A DNA stretch of 38,540 nt, taken from the NCBI RefSeq assembly GCF_001194135.2, contig NC_068986.1, positions 100,063,492 to 100,102,031 on the forward strand, given 5' to 3'. Each line of letters begins with the position of its first letter. Positions within the stretch are counted from its first letter, which is position 1. Below the pieces are notes generated by a model that was not told the origin of the DNA, ran no database searches, and saw nothing but the letters and a program-made list of their open reading frames with translations. The position numbers were made by a program, and so were the translations under genes. The stretch comes from Octopus bimaculoides (Eukaryota). Of this stretch, positions 37,461-38,540 are shown piece after piece.

Positions 37461-37720
37461 CTTTTCTGTAAGCTGCCCTGTATTACTTTTATGTTCTGCT
37501 TGATATAAATGCGAAAAACGTGGCGATTTGATAGAACACGAGAGTAAACATATTTCTGCATACTGTAGCATTTTCTGTTCAAATCCTACTAAGTTCTTTT
37601 GTATCTTTTTTCTCCGGGGATCCCTAAAAATATCGCTGCTTAATTACTATAACCGCTATCAAAATGCATGATCATATTTCTATGTTATTTCAATAAAGAC
37701 CACTCTTCTCCTCCACTATT

Positions 37721-37752
37721 TACAGGGTGTCCACAAAGTCTGGGTACATTGG
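37721..37752 (+). mobile_element. Left terminal inverted repeat of a Tc1/mariner-type MITE with TA target
   Basis: TA|CAGGGTGTCCACAAAGTCTGGGTACATTGG. TA-CAGGGTGT is a typical Tc1/mariner terminus, and the downstream CCATGTACCC is the reverse complement of its inner part. The right end is not in the window. Confidence 0.7.
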
Positions 37753-38540
37753 GATTAACACATACATTAAGAAACTATTATTTCTTATATCTAATTGTTT
37801 ATGTTATGATTTTATTTACTCCATGTACCCACATGAGAATTAACACATACTTTAAGAAATTATTATTTCTTATATTTAATTACTTATGTTATTATTTTAA
37901 TTGCTCCATGTACCCGCATGGGGATTAACACATACTTTAAGAAATTATTATTTCTTATATTTAATTACTTATGATATGATTTTATTTACTCCATGTACCC
38001 ACATGAGGATTAACACATACTTAAAGAAATTATTATTTCTTATATCTAATTGTTTATGTTATGATTTTATTTACTCCATGTACCCGCATGGGGATTAACA
38101 CATACTTTGAAAAATTATTATTTCTTATATCTAATTGTTTATGTTATGATTTTATTTACTCCATGTACCCGCATGGGGATTAACACATACTTTGAAATAT
38201 TATTATTTCTTATATCTAATTGTTTATGTTATGATTTTATTTACTCCATGTACCCGCATGGGGATTAACACATACATTAAGAAACTATTATTTCTTATAT
38301 TTAATTACTAATGTTATGATTTTATTTACACCATGTACCCGCATGGGGATTAACACATACTTTAAGAAATTATTATTTCTTATATTTAATTACTTATGAT
38401 ATGATTTTATTTACTCCATGTACCCACATGGGGATTAACACATACTTTAAGAAATTATTATTTCTTATATCTAATTGTTTATGTTATGATTTTATTTACT
38501 CCATGTACCCGCATGGGGATTAACACATACTTTGAAAAAA
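37751..38540. repeat. 85-bp tandem array (9 complete units plus a partial one; runs off the window end)
   Basis: Unit starts at 37751, 37836, 37921, 38006, 38091, 38176, 38261, 38346, 38431 and 38516; unit GGGATTAACACATAC..TTTATTTACTCCATGTACCC(G/A)CATG. Confidence 0.97.

Noticed and set aside
37751-38540. CRISPR-like or coding interpretation of the regular array (ORFs 37668-37928 and 37901-38098)
   Set aside because: Units are homologous along their whole length with no unique spacers, 85 is not a multiple of 3, and the context is eukaryotic.

Overview
AT-rich, gappy (12 N-runs) eukaryotic genomic DNA saturated with microsatellites ((TA)n, (CA)n, (TACA)n, (TATC)n, (CT)n, (AAT)n, (CAT)n). The SINE families and repeat density resemble an octopus genome; this is recalled family knowledge, not a database search. 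No intact host gene is recognisable, and nearly all listed ORFs are microsatellite or N-gap artefacts. What can be supported is decayed mobile DNA: a Penelope-like GIY-YIG remnant, two tRNA-derived SINE families (two insertions with target-site duplications, one a head-to-tail dimer), an RTE LINE 3' end, two L1/Tx1 remnants, a mariner made of two left ends, a Tc1/mariner-type TIR followed by an 85-bp tandem array, and a 5'-truncated R4/Dong LINE. The most interesting structure is at 26871-29711: an inverted-repeat element with head-to-head tRNA-like Pol III heads, each followed by (AAT)n and a minimal hammerhead ribozyme sequence (complete on the - arm; partial on the + arm, where homology stops at the predicted cleavage site). 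The Dong LINE has inserted exactly at the head/(AAT)n boundary of the - arm. Retroelements are strongly biased to the - strand, which suggests the window lies in introns of a + strand gene; two weak + strand exon candidates were found.
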